Source: Podarcis muralis (Eukaryota). Taken from it: 64,000 nucleotides of DNA. Below are positions 10,520-22,097 of the stretch, piece after piece. The stretch is from contig NC_135656.1 of NCBI RefSeq assembly GCF_964188315.1, positions 116,622,001 to 116,686,000 on the forward strand. The letters are read 5' to 3'. A model generated the notes under the pieces. That model was given only the letters and a program-made list of their open reading frames with translations. It was not told where the DNA came from and made no database searches. The number at the start of each line of letters is the position of its first letter. The stretch's first letter is position 1. The translations under genes were made by a program, and so were the position numbers.

Positions 10520-11060
10520 ACTAATTCAAAGCACTTGTCATGGCTTCCCCCAAGGAATCCCGGGAACTGTAGTATGTTAAAGGTGCCAAAAGTTGTTAAG
10601 CGACACACACACACACACACACACACGGCTTTATTCCCCTCACAGAGCTACAGTTTAACAGTCAATCAATCCCTCTTCCACGGGAACTCTGGGAACTGTA
10701 GCTCTGAGAGGGGAATAGGATGCCTCCTAACAGCTCTCAGTGCCCTTAACCACCTACATTTCCCAGGATTCTTTGGGGGAGGCCATTCAGTTGTACCTTG
10801 GTTCTCGATCGGAATCCGTTCCAGAAGTCTGTTCAACTTCTGAAAACGTTCAAAAACCAAGGCACAACTTCCGATTGGCTGCAGGAGCTTCCTGCACTCA
10901 GTTGGAAGCCATGTTGGATGTTTGGCTTCCAAAAAACATTCGCAAACTAGAACACTCACTTCTGGGTTTGTGGTGTTCGGGAGCCAAAATGTTTGAGTCA
11001 CAAGGCGTTCCAGAACCAAGGTACAACTGTACTGTTTAATGTGGTATCATACTACTTTGA
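10520..11060. repeat. Old foldback (palindromic) interspersed element, split by a MITE at 10788-11029
   Basis: Inverted arms catggcttcccccaaggaatcccgggaactgtagt / ctacatttcccaggattctttgggggaggccat and an inner pair cccctcacagagctaca / tgtagctctgagagggg. Related copies near 14800, 23830, 27470, 38000, 39860, 42860 and 54000. Confidence 0.65.
10788..11029. mobile_element. Tc1/mariner-pogo MITE family B
   Basis: Perfect 14-bp TIRs cagttgtaccttgg / ccaaggtacaactg, 3' TA. Confidence 0.85.
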
Positions 11061-11065
11061 ATGTA

Positions 11066-11307
11066 CAGTGGTATGTCGGGTTACAGACGCTTCAGGTTAC
11101 AGATGCTTCAGGTTACAGATTCCGCTAACCCAGAAATAGTACCTCAGGTTAAGAACTTTGCTTCAGGAGGAGAACAGAAATCGTCCAGCGACAGCACAGT
11201 GGCAGCGGGAAGCCCCATTAGCTAAAGTGGTGCTTCAGGTTAAGAACAGTTTCAGGTTAAGAACGGACCTCCAGAATGAATTAAGTACTTAACCTGAGGT
11301 ACCACTG
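11066..11307. mobile_element. MITE family A
   Basis: TA|cagtggta...taccactg|TA with internal gcttcaggttaca repeats. Confidence 0.9.
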
Positions 11308-11456
11308 TATAAGGCGGGGGAAAGTGACATTAGATGGGAAACCGCTTCAGTTTTTAAATTATTCTTAAGTGGCATCTAAATCTTATTAAATAAAACTAAA
11401 AATGATTTGGCCGGGGTGGGTGGGTGTCGATGACTCAACTGTGTCTTTTCCTTCAG

Positions 11457-12301
11457 ACAGCCGTACGACGTCCCAGGAAGAGGAAGAGGTCGGGCAGCAA
11501 AGAGGTTCGGAGTTAGCGGAAGCACGCAGGATGTTCCTGGGCAAATCCGCCGGCCGCCTCACCCTGAGGTGCGAGAGCTTTGAGGAAGCTTGCGGATCGA
11601 AGCGGCAGCAGGAGTGGCTTCCCGCGGTGACATGGGAGGAGCCGTCGCACCGGTCGGAAGCCGACGGGCCTGTTCCCGAGGCGGCGCTCCACGACGTGGC
11701 GGTCAAGTACCTTTGCCCCGAGTGCGGCCGGAACTTCCAGCACAAATCGACCTTAATCCGCCACCAGAAGATGCACACGGGCGAGAAGCCCCACGTCTGC
11801 CTGGAGTGCGGGAAGAGCTTCCGCCGCAGGGACAAACTGATCCGCCACCAGAGGATCCACACGGGGCAGAAACCCCACGAGTGCACCGAGTGCGGGAAAA
11901 GCTTCCGCGAGAGGGGGAAGCTCACCAACCACCAGAGGATCCATACCGGCGAGAAGCCCTACGCCTGCCCGGCCTGCAAGAAGACCTACCGCTGGAAGGA
12001 GGAGTTTGTGAAGCACCTGAGGATCCACACGGGCGAGAGGCCCTACGGGTGCGTGCTCTGCGGCAAGGCCTTCATCAGCAAGGCCCACCTGGTCTCCCAC
12101 CACCGCAGCCACACCGGAGAGAAGCCGTACGAGTGCGCCGAGTGCCGCCGGCGGTTCTGCAGCAAGCAAAGCCTCGCCAAGCACCAACGGGTCCACGCGG
12201 AAGAGAACGCCTACGAGTGCCAGGACTGCGGGAAGGTCTTCCGCTATGTGTCGAACTTCGCCAAACACCAGAGACTCCACACGAGCGACAGGATCCTCTA
12301 G
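11457..12301 (+). CDS. ZF2 coding exon 3: 7 C2H2 zinc fingers
   Basis: Acceptor ttccttcAG at 11455-11456, phase 1. Seven CxxC...HxxxH repeats with TGEKP-type linkers. The three exons total 1755 nt, in frame. Confidence 0.92.
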
Positions 12302-12388
12302 GGAGGAATAATCATAATAATTTAATTTTTGTACCCTGCCCATCTGACCAGGTTGCTTCAGCCACTCTGGGCAGCTTCCCACAGAATA

Positions 12389-12619
12389 CAGTGGTACTTC
12401 AGGTTACAGACGCTTCAGGTTACATACGCTTCAGGTTACAGACTCCGCTAACCCAGAAATAGTACCTCGGGTTAAGAAGTTTGCTTCAGGATGAGAACAG
12501 AAATCGTGCAGTGGCAGCGGGAGGCACCATTAGCTAAAGTGGTACCTCAGGTTAAGAACAGTTTCAGGTTAACAACGGACCTCCAGAACGAATTAAGTAC
12601 TTAACCCGAGGTACCACTG
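12389..12619. mobile_element. MITE family A (in the ZF2 3' UTR)
   Basis: TA-flanked with the same TIRs. Confidence 0.9.
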
Positions 12620-13231
12620 TATGCTAAAACACCACAGGCCATCGTCGCACGTTAAAAGCTTTCCAATGCAGAGCTGGCTTCAGATCTCTATGGAAAGTCA
12701 TATAATTATCTCCTTGGCATCTGAGGGCAGGATGCATGAGTGTAGCCAGGATTTATGTTGGGGGGCAGACACGCGCCTGTCATCCTCCTCTGTCTGGCTC
12801 TGTCCAACAGATTCGGAATGAAACGTCTCAACAACCGTTCTTTTAAATTACTTTCTTTTGACCCTAAGTGCTCGGGGAAAATCTGTCAAAGCCTTCAGTC
12901 ATTTGTAAGCTAGGAAGTTAAATAAAAAATTAACATCATCGACTGAGGGCTTTCTGCTGTATAGAAACTTCCGGTTGTTTCTAGGCTGGCCCTGATGGTG
13001 CGCGCTCTCAGGAGAAGTGCTGGAAACGATGAGAAGCTTCCAGAACTGAGCTACCTGCAACGCGATTGGTCAGTTCACGGAAGCCATGCTGATCGCTCAG
13101 TTGGGTTGCCAGTTGGGTTGCTAGAATGCACCACATCATCCAAGTGACCTCAGCGAGCATTTCAATTTCAAATATTCTGATTCATTTAATTATTTTTATT
13201 TATTTACTTGATGGGGGGGGGGAGCTGCCCT

Positions 13232-13405
13232 GCCCCCTCAGCTACGCCCATAGGCGGGCATTCCACAAGGCAGCCGCCACTGTCGAGAAGGCCCTCTGCC
13301 TGCTTCCCTGTCGCTTCACTTCTCGCAGTGAGGGAACCGCCAGAAGACCTTCAGAGGAGGACCTTAGTGTCCGGGCTGAATGATGGAGTTGGAGATGCTC
13401 CTCTA
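13232..13405 (-). mobile_element. L2 LINE fragment
   Basis: Reverse match to the L2 3' coding region (gaaggccctctgcctg...cgcagtgagggaaccgccagaag). Confidence 0.7.
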
Positions 13406-14299
13406 GGAACAATTATCGTTCCCTGATAAAAATCCACTTCTCCTTTGGCACTGTCAGACACCACAGCTTCTCTCCTGAGGCCCCCAAAATCCCACCAGCC
13501 TGTAGACATGAGAGAATCCACTTGCTCGGTGGAAGGGCCTTATCTCATCCGCCTTTCATGCAGATGAAAGGTTCAATTGCCCAAAAGCATTTTCAGGTAC
13601 AGCAGGGAAGAGTCTCCCTGCCAGAAACCCTGGACAGCAGCTGCCCGTCAGTGTAGACACTACTGAAGTAGATGGAGCAACAGTCAGGTTCAGGAGAAGG
13701 CATCTTCCTATTATCCTGTTTATAACTGCTTATAAAACCTATTGCCTCGTTTTGCTTAGCCTTGTATGCTCAAAATCTTTGTAGCCACATAAGGCTACAT
13801 TTCTTTTTTGTCTGAATGTGAGGAATGATGGTCTATTTGTCGAACTAAGCTATGCTGGCTAATTTGAGCAGGGGGACCCTCTGCTCAGTGGACAAACATT
13901 TTGAGAAGCAATTTACACAGCTGACCACCAACAGATTTCAGTGACTTCAGTGACAGAAACCACTTAAACCATTCAAGGGCCAAATGTGGATTTGCCTCAG
14001 ACAAGAGTCATTTTTAAAAGTCTTGATAATGGAGAGGAAGGCTTCAGAACGTTTTGACCGCAGAATCACAGCTGAACGGTGGAAGCATGAACGGCCGCAG
14101 GGAATGTTTCTAGAGAAAAATTTGGATCTGAACTGGCAGGTCACTTCCCAAACCCGCTGGTCTCGATCCATAACATCGTGAGCTGGTGCTTCTATGTGCA
14201 GTTTAGGAAACGCTGGTAAAATTAGTAACGCACTTTCTCAAGTGTTTCTGTTGTGGTTCTTTCTCCTCCACTTTGGTGTTTCTTCGTGTGACATAGAAA

Positions 14300-14527
14300 A
14301 GGTAAAGGGACCCCTGACCATTAGGTCCAGTCGTGGCCTACTCTGGGGTTGCGGCACTCATCTCGCTTTACTGGCCGAGGGAGCCGGCGTACAGCTTCCG
14401 GGTCATGTGGCCAGCATGACTAAGCTGCTTCTGGTGAACCAGAGCAGCGCACAAAAACACCGTTTACCTTCCCGCTGGAGTGGTACCTATTTATCTACTT
14501 GCACTTGGATGTGCTTTCGAACTGCTA
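14300..14527 (-). mobile_element. Sauria SINE, 5'-truncated
   Basis: aaaggtaaagggacccctgaccattagg... body, ends at cgaactgcta. Confidence 0.85.
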
Positions 14528-15065
14528 CATGGGTATTATTAGTAGTAGTAGTAGTTGTAGTAGTAGTAGTACTGTTATTATTATAAATTATTACCTGCCC
14601 CTCACCCTAAGATCCCAGGGCAGGTTAGAGCAATTAAAAAACATAATTAATTTTAGAAAGAGTGTAAAACAACTTGAAATTACAAAAAGAAGTTGAGTCC
14701 TGAAAATATACACCTCAGGGTCGAAAGCATTGTTTGTTATAAAACCATGACTTGTGTGGTGAAGGCGAACAGGGTTGCACATACGCCGTACATTTAAAAC
14801 ACATTCTTTCCCTCAAAGAATTCTGGGCCTTGTAGTTTACCCCTCACAGTTACAATGCCCAGCAACCCTTAACAAACTACAGTGCCCAGAATTCTTTGAG
14901 GTGGGAAGAATGCGCTCTGAATGTGCTTTAAAGGTAGTGTCTTGTACGAAGCCTAGGAAAGCTGTCTCTCTCTCATAACATTAGAAACGGGGGTCATCCA
15001 GCGAATCTGACTGGCTGGACTTTCAGGCAATGAGGAAGGTGGTAGAGCATCTGTTCTGCAAACAG

Positions 15066-15190
15066 GCAGCATGGTGTAGCGGTTAGAGTGCTGACCTAGG
15101 ACTTGGGAGATCAGGGTTAAAATCCCCACTCGGCCATGACACTCGCTGGCCAGTCACTGTCTCTCAGCCTAAGCTACCACACAGCGTTGG
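15066..15190 (+). mobile_element. tRNA-derived SINE (MIR/Squam3-like)
   Basis: gcagcatggtgtagcggttagagtg...ggttaaaatccccactcggccatg head with A/B-box remnants. Related minus copies near 18580-18760, 20110-20420 and 34800-34970. Confidence 0.6.
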
Positions 15191-15654
15191 AACCGTAGAA
15201 TCATAGATTTGGGACCCCAAGGGAAACCTAGTTCAACCACCTTGAGCTCCTGGGATGCTGATGCTGCAGAAAGGTCCCGGGTTCAAACCCCAGCATCTCT
15301 AGGTAACATTGGGAGAGACCTTCCCTTCAGAAACCTTGGAGAGCCCCTGGCAGTCTGTGTAGAGAACACAGACTATCAAAATCAGCTTGATAGCTTCCTC
15401 AGTTTGTCACGGGTTCCCAAAGTGATGTGGCTTAAAAGGCGTTGCTTCTTTTCACTTGTGATGCAAAGAGGGCATCTATTGGGAAAGATCAACAACACAG
15501 CCCTCACAAATCTGCTCAGAAGGAAGCCTGATGGAATCCAGCGGGGCTTTCTCTCAGGTAAGTGGGGTTCGGATCACAGCCTAGGATGCCTGCCTTAACG
15601 CTGGCTCTGCTAAAACAGAAAATACGTTCACATATCATAGAATCATAGAATACC

Positions 15655-16500
15655 CCCTACAATTAATAATCTGCAATTATTAAGTTCGCAGATGACACCA
15701 CCATAATGGGTTTAATAACAGGTGGAGACAAATCGGCGTATAGAGGGGAGGTCGCAAAAATATCTACATGGTGCCTAGGGAACAACTTGCACCTTAATAT
15801 CAGCAAGACAAAGGAGATGGTGTTGGACTTTTGGAGGAAGACAGGAGAACTAGCCCCGCTGTACATCAGGGAGGGCTGTGTGGAGAGAGTCTCTGCCTTT
15901 AAATTCCTAGGAGTTTATCTCAGTGAAGACCTTACTTGGAAAATAAATACAACCCAGGTGGTTAAGAAAACCCAACAGAGACTCCGTCTCCTCAGAATAT
16001 TATGTAAGAACAATGTCAATCAACACTTGATGATCTCCTTCTACCGGTCAACAATAGAAAGTGTCCTTTCATACTGCATCACGGTGTGGTATGCTGGTTT
16101 GACATCATCTGACAGTAAGTGCCTACAGAGGGTGGTGAATACAGCACAAGATATTATGGGCTGTCCCTTGAATCCACTGGATGAAATAGCGGAAGAACGT
16201 TGCCTCAGGAGAGTGAGGAAAATTCTCAGGGATGATTCACACCCTGGCCGGCACTTTCTTGATCTCCTGCCCTCGGGCAGAAGATACAGAAGCATGATTA
16301 GTCGCACCAACAGGGTAAAGAACAGCTTCTATCCTGGGCTGTTAGGCTGCTGAATGAAAAGATAACAAGAGGGCAACTGACTTTCGGGTTTGGTGGGTGT
16401 GCGTCAGTAAAGGAGGGGAATTAAGACTAAGAGCTGCGTGGGGAGTGATCGTGTAATCTCACTGTATACAAGTTGTACAAGTGACAATAAAGTATTTCAA
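15655..16500 (+). mobile_element. Rex1/Babar-clade LINE 3' portion
   Basis: KFADDTTIMGLI...LNISKTKEMVLDF...FKFLGVYLSEDLTW...FYRSTIESVLSYCITVWY. 3' UTR with AATAAA. Confidence 0.85.
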
Positions 16501-17082
16501 TTTACAATGCAGGAATCTCAACTAAAGCATCCCTGACAGATAGGGTGATCAGTGACAGGGGGGGGGGGGTGGCGGCAAATGCAGCCTCTCCCCAGGCCAT
16601 GCCTCCAGCTGACTTTGCTTCAAATTCTCCCTTGGTTTTTGGGCCTGGCGGATGTGCCCTTGAGCTCCAGTGATTGCCTGGAAGGAGGGTGGAGAGGGCC
16701 ATGTGCGCATGTGTGGACACCAGCCCACTGTGCAAAGGCAATGTTCACGTTTGCTCCACCCACTTCTGCCCCGGCCCCTCCCACCACTTCCATGTGGCCC
16801 CCAGTAGGGAAAACCTGAAAATGGATCTCTGCCCTTGCTCTGTTGCAAATCGGGTTCTGTGCACCCCACTGGGTGAGTGGTGGCAGCAGAATGTTTGCAG
16901 GCAGAAATTCAACCAGTGCCACTTCCCCAAACATTTGCTGCCTACGCACCCCATGAATTTCTGCCCAGCCCCCCAGCCCCCAAAACACACTCGGCTGCTC
17001 TGCTGCAGATACAACTGACGGGGATGTGAGTTAATGCAGCAGGTACAAAGCTGTGCATAATCATTGTCCTGCCAGATGTTAG

Positions 17083-17428
17083 GTAAAGGTAAAGGGACCC
17101 CTGACCATTAGGTCCAGTTGTGGCCGACTCTGGGGTTGAAGAGCTCATCTCGCTTTACTGGCCAAGGGAGCTGGCGTACAGCTTCCGGGTCATGTGGCCA
17201 GCATGACTAAGCCACTTCTGGCGAACCAGAGCAGGGCACGAAAACACCGTTTACCTTCCCGCCAGAGTGGTACCTATTTATCTACTTGCACTTTGACGTG
17301 CTTTCAAACTGCTAGGTTGGCAGGAGCAGGGACCGAGCAACGGGAGCGTCACGGGGATTCAAACCACTGACCTTCTGATCGGCATGTCCTAGGCTCTGTG
17401 GTTTAACCCACAGCGCCACCCGCATCCC
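17083..17428 (-). mobile_element. Sauria SINE
   Basis: Full-length body similar to 3587-3928. Confidence 0.88.
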
Positions 17429-17796
17429 TGGCCATTGCCCGTGCTTGCTGGGGCTGATGGGAGTTGTAGTTTGACATCTGGAGGGACGAAGGCTGACTGA
17501 AGCAGACCCTCTGGCCCTTCACATTTCTGAATACAGCTCCAGAAACACTCCCTAGCCCCAGTTTTCCGCACTGGGGAGCTGTAAATCTTTGATACCCCAC
17601 CTGTCTGGCCTCCCCTATTCCCCAGCACTGGCATCAGACGTAAATCAAGCTGTCCCCAGAGGAACCTGTCTTTTTTTCTGCATGGGCAACTCTGCTTCTA
17701 GCCTACCTCACAGGGTCATTCTGAGGATGGTGTGAGACCCAACGGCAGTGCCCTGTGGCCAGGGGAGAATAAACAGTATAGTCCATAATAATAAAC

Positions 17797-18559
17797 GTTG
17801 TTTAGTCATTTAGTTGTTTCCGATTCTTCGTGACCCCAGGGACCAGAGCACACCAGGCACTACTGTCTTCCACTGCCTCCCGCAGTTTGGTCAAACTCAT
17901 GTTGGTAGTTTCGAGAACACTGTCCAACCATCTCTGTCGCCCCCTTCTCCTTGTGCCCTCCATCTTTCCCAACATCACGGTCTTTTCCAGGGAGTCTTCT
18001 CTTCTTCTGAGGTGGCCAAAGTATTGGAGCCTCAGCTTCAGGATCTGTCCTTCCAGTGAGCACTCAGGGCTGATCTCCTTAAGAATGGATACATTTGATC
18101 TTCTTGCAGTCCATGGGACTCTCAAGAGTCTCCTCCAGCACCATAATTCAAAAGCACCAATTCTTTGGCAATCAGTCTTCCTTATGGTCCAGCTCTCACT
18201 TCCATACATCACTACTGGGAAAACCATAGCTTTAACTATACGGACCTTTGTCAGCAAGGTGATGTCTCTGCTTTTTAAGATACAGTGGAACCTCTGGATG
18301 CGAACGGGATCTGTTCCAGAGCCCTGTTCGCATCCTGAAGCGAACGTAAGACACAAATGTGCATCTGCACGTACGTGGGTCGTGTTTCGCCTCTTCCGCG
18401 CATGCGCGTGATGTCCTTTTGAGCATCTGCGCATGCGCAAGCGACGAAACCCGGAAGTAACGCACTCCATTATGTCCGGGTTGCTGCGGAGCACAACCCA
18501 AAAATATTTAAGCTGAAGCGTATGCATCCCGAGGTATGACTGTACTGTCTAGGTTTGTC
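17797..18559 (-). mobile_element. Bov-B LINE 3' fragment interrupted by a MITE
   Basis: ILKSRDITLLTKVRIVKAMVFPVVMYGSESWTIRK...LEGQILKLRLQYFGHL. The sequence resumes ctgtctaggtttgtc after the MITE. Confidence 0.9.
18283..18542. mobile_element. Tc1/mariner-pogo MITE family E, inserted into Bov-B
   Basis: TA|cagtggaacctc...gaggtatgactg|TA, splitting the contiguous Bov-B sequence aagat(a/g)ctgtctagg. Confidence 0.85.
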
Positions 18560-19034
18560 CCCTTAAGGAGTCTCAAAGCGGCTAACAATCTCCTTTCCCT
18601 TACTCCCCCACAACAAACACTCTGTGAGTTGAGTGGGGCTGAGAGACTTCAGAGAAGTGTGGCTAGCCCAAGGTCACCCAGCAGCTGCAGGTGGAGGGGC
18701 AGGGAATCGAACCCGGTTCCCCAGATTACGAGTTCACCGCTCTTAACTACTACACCACACAGAGGCAATTATGCCTCTGAATACCATTTGCTGGAAACCA
18801 CAGTGCGGGGGAAGTGCTCTTTTGCGCTGGTCCTCCTTGAAGATTTCCCACAGGCCACTGTGACTTGAAACAGGACGCTGGGCTGTGATCCCAAGGGATG
18901 CTAAACAGAAATGGCCCTCCGCTTTCTGAGCAATTTGCTTTTATGGCCGTTCACCAAAGGGGTTAAGTTCATGGAGACTTGCATTTCCTAGAGATACTCA
19001 GAGGCTTTGGGAGCAGAGGGATGCGAAGAGAGCG

Positions 19035-19151
19035 CCACTCACTTCCTGCCCCGCCTACTGTGGGAAAGCAGGGGTTTAAATTTCCCAGGCGCTGCAGGAG
19101 GAGCAGCGGTGCTGATCTCCCACCTCCCTTGTTCTTTTTAGGAAAGGTCAG
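19035..19151 (+). promoter_or_regulatory. Putative promoter and non-coding first exon of ZF3
   Basis: ETS-like cacttcctg, GC box ccccgcc and ZNF143-like actgtgggaaa, followed by donor CAG|GTGAGT at 19152. Confidence 0.5.
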
Positions 19152-19407
19152 GTGAGTGGGGGAAAGTGGGTTTGCAGCAGGAAGAGATGGAGAATTTCAG
19201 TAGAGAGATTATCCGGTTTGGGCTTCTATGCCTTTCGAAACTGGGTGGCTGGCAGAAGTTGAACAGGTGAAGCCTTCCTCCATCATGGCATTTCTGGGTT
19301 TGGGAGCAGCTGCACCTGATGGATTTCTGCACTGGGGTTAACTTGTGATGGTGCCTTTTTGCATGCACACACGCCCTTCCTCTGTTGGATCGCTCTGAAT
19401 CAAGGAC

Positions 19408-19552
19408 CTCGGGAGATAGCTCAGTCGGTAGAGCATGAGATTCTTAATCTCAGGGTCAGAGCTACACTTTGGGCAAAAGATCCCTGCATTGCTGGGGGCA
19501 GGACTAGATGACTCTTGTGGTCCCTTCCAACTCTGCAATTCTGTGATTTTAG
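19408..19552 (+). mobile_element. tRNA-Lys-derived SINE with CR1-like tail
   Basis: gatagctcagtcggtagagcatgagattcttaatctcaggg head; ccttccaactctgcaattctgtgattt tail. Confidence 0.7.
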
Positions 19553-19725
19553 GCTTCTTGGCTTGATAAAGCATTCAGTGGCAAAACACGCCTCTGGTAT
19601 CAATTTTTGGGAATCACAAGTTGGAGGAGTCAGTGCTGTTACACTCATGTCCTGCTTGGTGTTTCCTATTGGGGTGTCTGGTTTGGCCACTGTGAGAAGA
19701 GAAAGCCAGACTAGATGGGCCACTT

Positions 19726-20091
19726 AGAATCATAGAATCATAGAGTTGGAATAGACCACAAGGGCCATCGAGTCCAACCCCCTGCCAAGCAGGAAACACC
19801 ATCAGAGCACTCCTGACATATGGTTGTCAAGCCTCTGCTTAAAGACCTCCAAAGAAGGAGGCTCCACCACACTCCTTGGCAGCAAATTCCACTGTTGAAC
19901 AGCTCTTACTGTCAGGAAGTTCTTCCTAATGTTTAGGTGGAATCTTCTTTCTTGTAGTTTGGATCCATTGCTCCGTGTCCGCTTCTCTGGAGCAGCAGAA
20001 AACAACCTTTCTCCCTCCTCTATGTGACATCCTTTTATATATTTGAGCATGGCTATCATATCACCCCTTAACCTCCTCTTCTCCAGGCTAA
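19726..20091 (-). mobile_element. CR1 LINE 3' end
   Basis: KYIKGCHIEEGERLFS...RTRSNG.KLQERRFHLNIRKNFLTVRAV..WN.LP..VV..PSLEVFKQRLD. (ATTCTATG)n tail. Confidence 0.9.
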
Positions 20092-21072
20092 ATATAATTA
20101 TTTACTAATTATATTTTATATCCCACCTTACCTACGAGGAACTCAAAGTGGAAGACATAGTCCTCTCCAATTTATCCTCAGAACAGCCCTTGGGGGTAGG
20201 CTAGGCTGAGAATTGCTGACTGGCCCAAGATTAAGTTTACCAGATTTTTTTCAATGAATCCAGGGACATTTTTCAACTTCAATTTTGTATGGGGACTGAT
20301 TTGTAAATCCAGGGACTGTCCCTAGGAAACGGGGACGTCTGGTAACCTTACCCAAGATCACCCTGTGAACTTCATGGCCGAGGGTGATTTGAACCCTGGT
20401 CCCCCAGGTCCTGGCCCAACATGCCTTAGTCTTATTCCCTAAAAGAGCTGTGGGTGTTGATTGTATTGAATATGTATGAACACAGGCGTGGAAGGAGAAA
20501 CATGGGCAGGAGCGTGAAATAAATCTCTGCTAAATGAAGAATATGTCATAGCTCAGGGGTAGATCCCCCGCTTTGCATGTGGAAAGTCCCAGGTTCATAG
20601 AGTTATACGGCTAGAAATGAGCAGGGATGTAATCTATTCAATGCTTTTGTTCAATGCGTCCCTGTGCGGCCTCTGCTTAAACATCTCCAGCGAAGAAGAG
20701 GCCATTGGTTTATTGTGATATTTATCCAAAATCTGCATCTTCCCTGCGGTTTCCTCCTACAGGTTCTAAGTCTAGGGTTGCCATATTTCAAAAAGTAAAA
20801 ACCAGGAAACCCCAAAAATTAATGATTTTTTTTTAGGAAGACCCCAAAGTTGTTGAGCTTTTTTCTTACCAAACCTCAAAAAAACCACGATTTTGCAATT
20901 GACTTGCCTAAGATCAAGGGCAATTTTTCAATTCTGCATTTGAAATCCTAGTACATGTGGCAGCCCTATATCTAGTCCGATCCCCTGTGGCGACAGAGAA
21001 TGACATTCACGCCTTTTGAAAACACTCTTGTTCCATTTTAAGAGACATGGACAGTTGTTAAAGGTAAAGGGA

Positions 21073-21702
21073 AATGTAAAGAGAAAGAGGGATCTTTCTT
21101 TCACATGTGGTGGGACTGTAGGAAAGTAAGGGGATTCTGGGATCTGATTTATGGCGAACTGAAAAAGATGCTCAAATATTCGTTTGTTAAGAAACCAGAA
21201 TCCTTCTTGCTGGGAATAACAGGAAGAGAGATAAAAAGACAAGACCACAAACTGTTTCAGTATGCTGTCACAGCGGCAAGAACACTAATGGCCCAAAGGT
21301 GGAAACAGGAGGAATTGCCAACCCTAAATGAATGGAGGATGAAACTTATAGATTATGCGGAATTGGACAAGTTGACCGGAAGAATAAGATACCAGAAAGA
21401 TCAAAAATTCATTGAGGACTGGGGAAAGTTTGCGGAATATCTGGGAACCATATGTGATCAACAAATAACACTAGTGGGGTTTAAAGAGGCTTTGTAATAT
21501 CTTAAGATATATTGTAAGACAGAACTAGAGAGGTGAAGGTTAAGAGTAAATCAGCAATAGTATATAGAAAATGCGGGAAAATATACTAAATGGATGAATG
21601 AGGGATGTGTTGGTGGAGGTCCAAAAACTGTAAATATGTAAATATGGTTGTAACAAATATATGCAAAAGGAAACTCAATAAAAATTTAATTTAAAAAAAA
21701 AA
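21073..21702 (+). mobile_element. L1 LINE, 5'-truncated, poly(A) tail, 55-bp TSD
   Basis: ORF2 C-terminus HMWWDC..V..FW..I...L......PESFLLG...AAR...A..WK. AATAAA plus A-tail. Direct repeat 21018-21072 = 21703-21757. Confidence 0.9.
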
Positions 21703-21744
21703 GAAAACACTCTTGTTCCATTTTAAGAGACATGGACAGTTGTT

Positions 21745-22097
21745 AAAGGTAAAGGGACCCCTGACCATTAGGTCCAGTCGGGACCGACTCTGGGGTTGCG
21801 GTGCTCATCTCGCTTTACTGGCCGAGGGACCCGGCGTACAGCTTCCGGGTCATGTGACCAGCATGACTAAGCTGCTTCTGGCGGAACCAGAGCAGCGCAC
21901 GGAAACGCTGTTTACTTTCCCGCTGGAGCGGTACCTATTTATCTACTTGCACTTTGACGTGTTTTCGAACTGCTAGGTTGGCAGGAGCAGGGACCGAGCA
22001 ACGGGAGCTCACCCCATCGCGGGGATTCGAACCGCCAACCTTCTGATTGGCAAGCCCTAGGCTCAGTGGTTTAGACCACAGCGTCACCCGTGCCCCT
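21745..22097 (-). mobile_element. Sauria SINE
   Basis: Full-length body. Its tail lies inside the L1 TSD. Confidence 0.88.

Noticed and set aside
13780-14195. Unique-looking segment downstream of ZF2 with short ORFs
   Set aside because: All frames I translated contain stops and gave no recognisable protein motif, so no call can be supported.
19408-19480. tRNA-Lys-like sequence (also tRNA-like heads at about 8990-9067 and 58090-58140)
   Set aside because: The T-arm/acceptor stem is broken and the sequence continues into a CR1-like tail. These are SINE heads, not tRNA genes.
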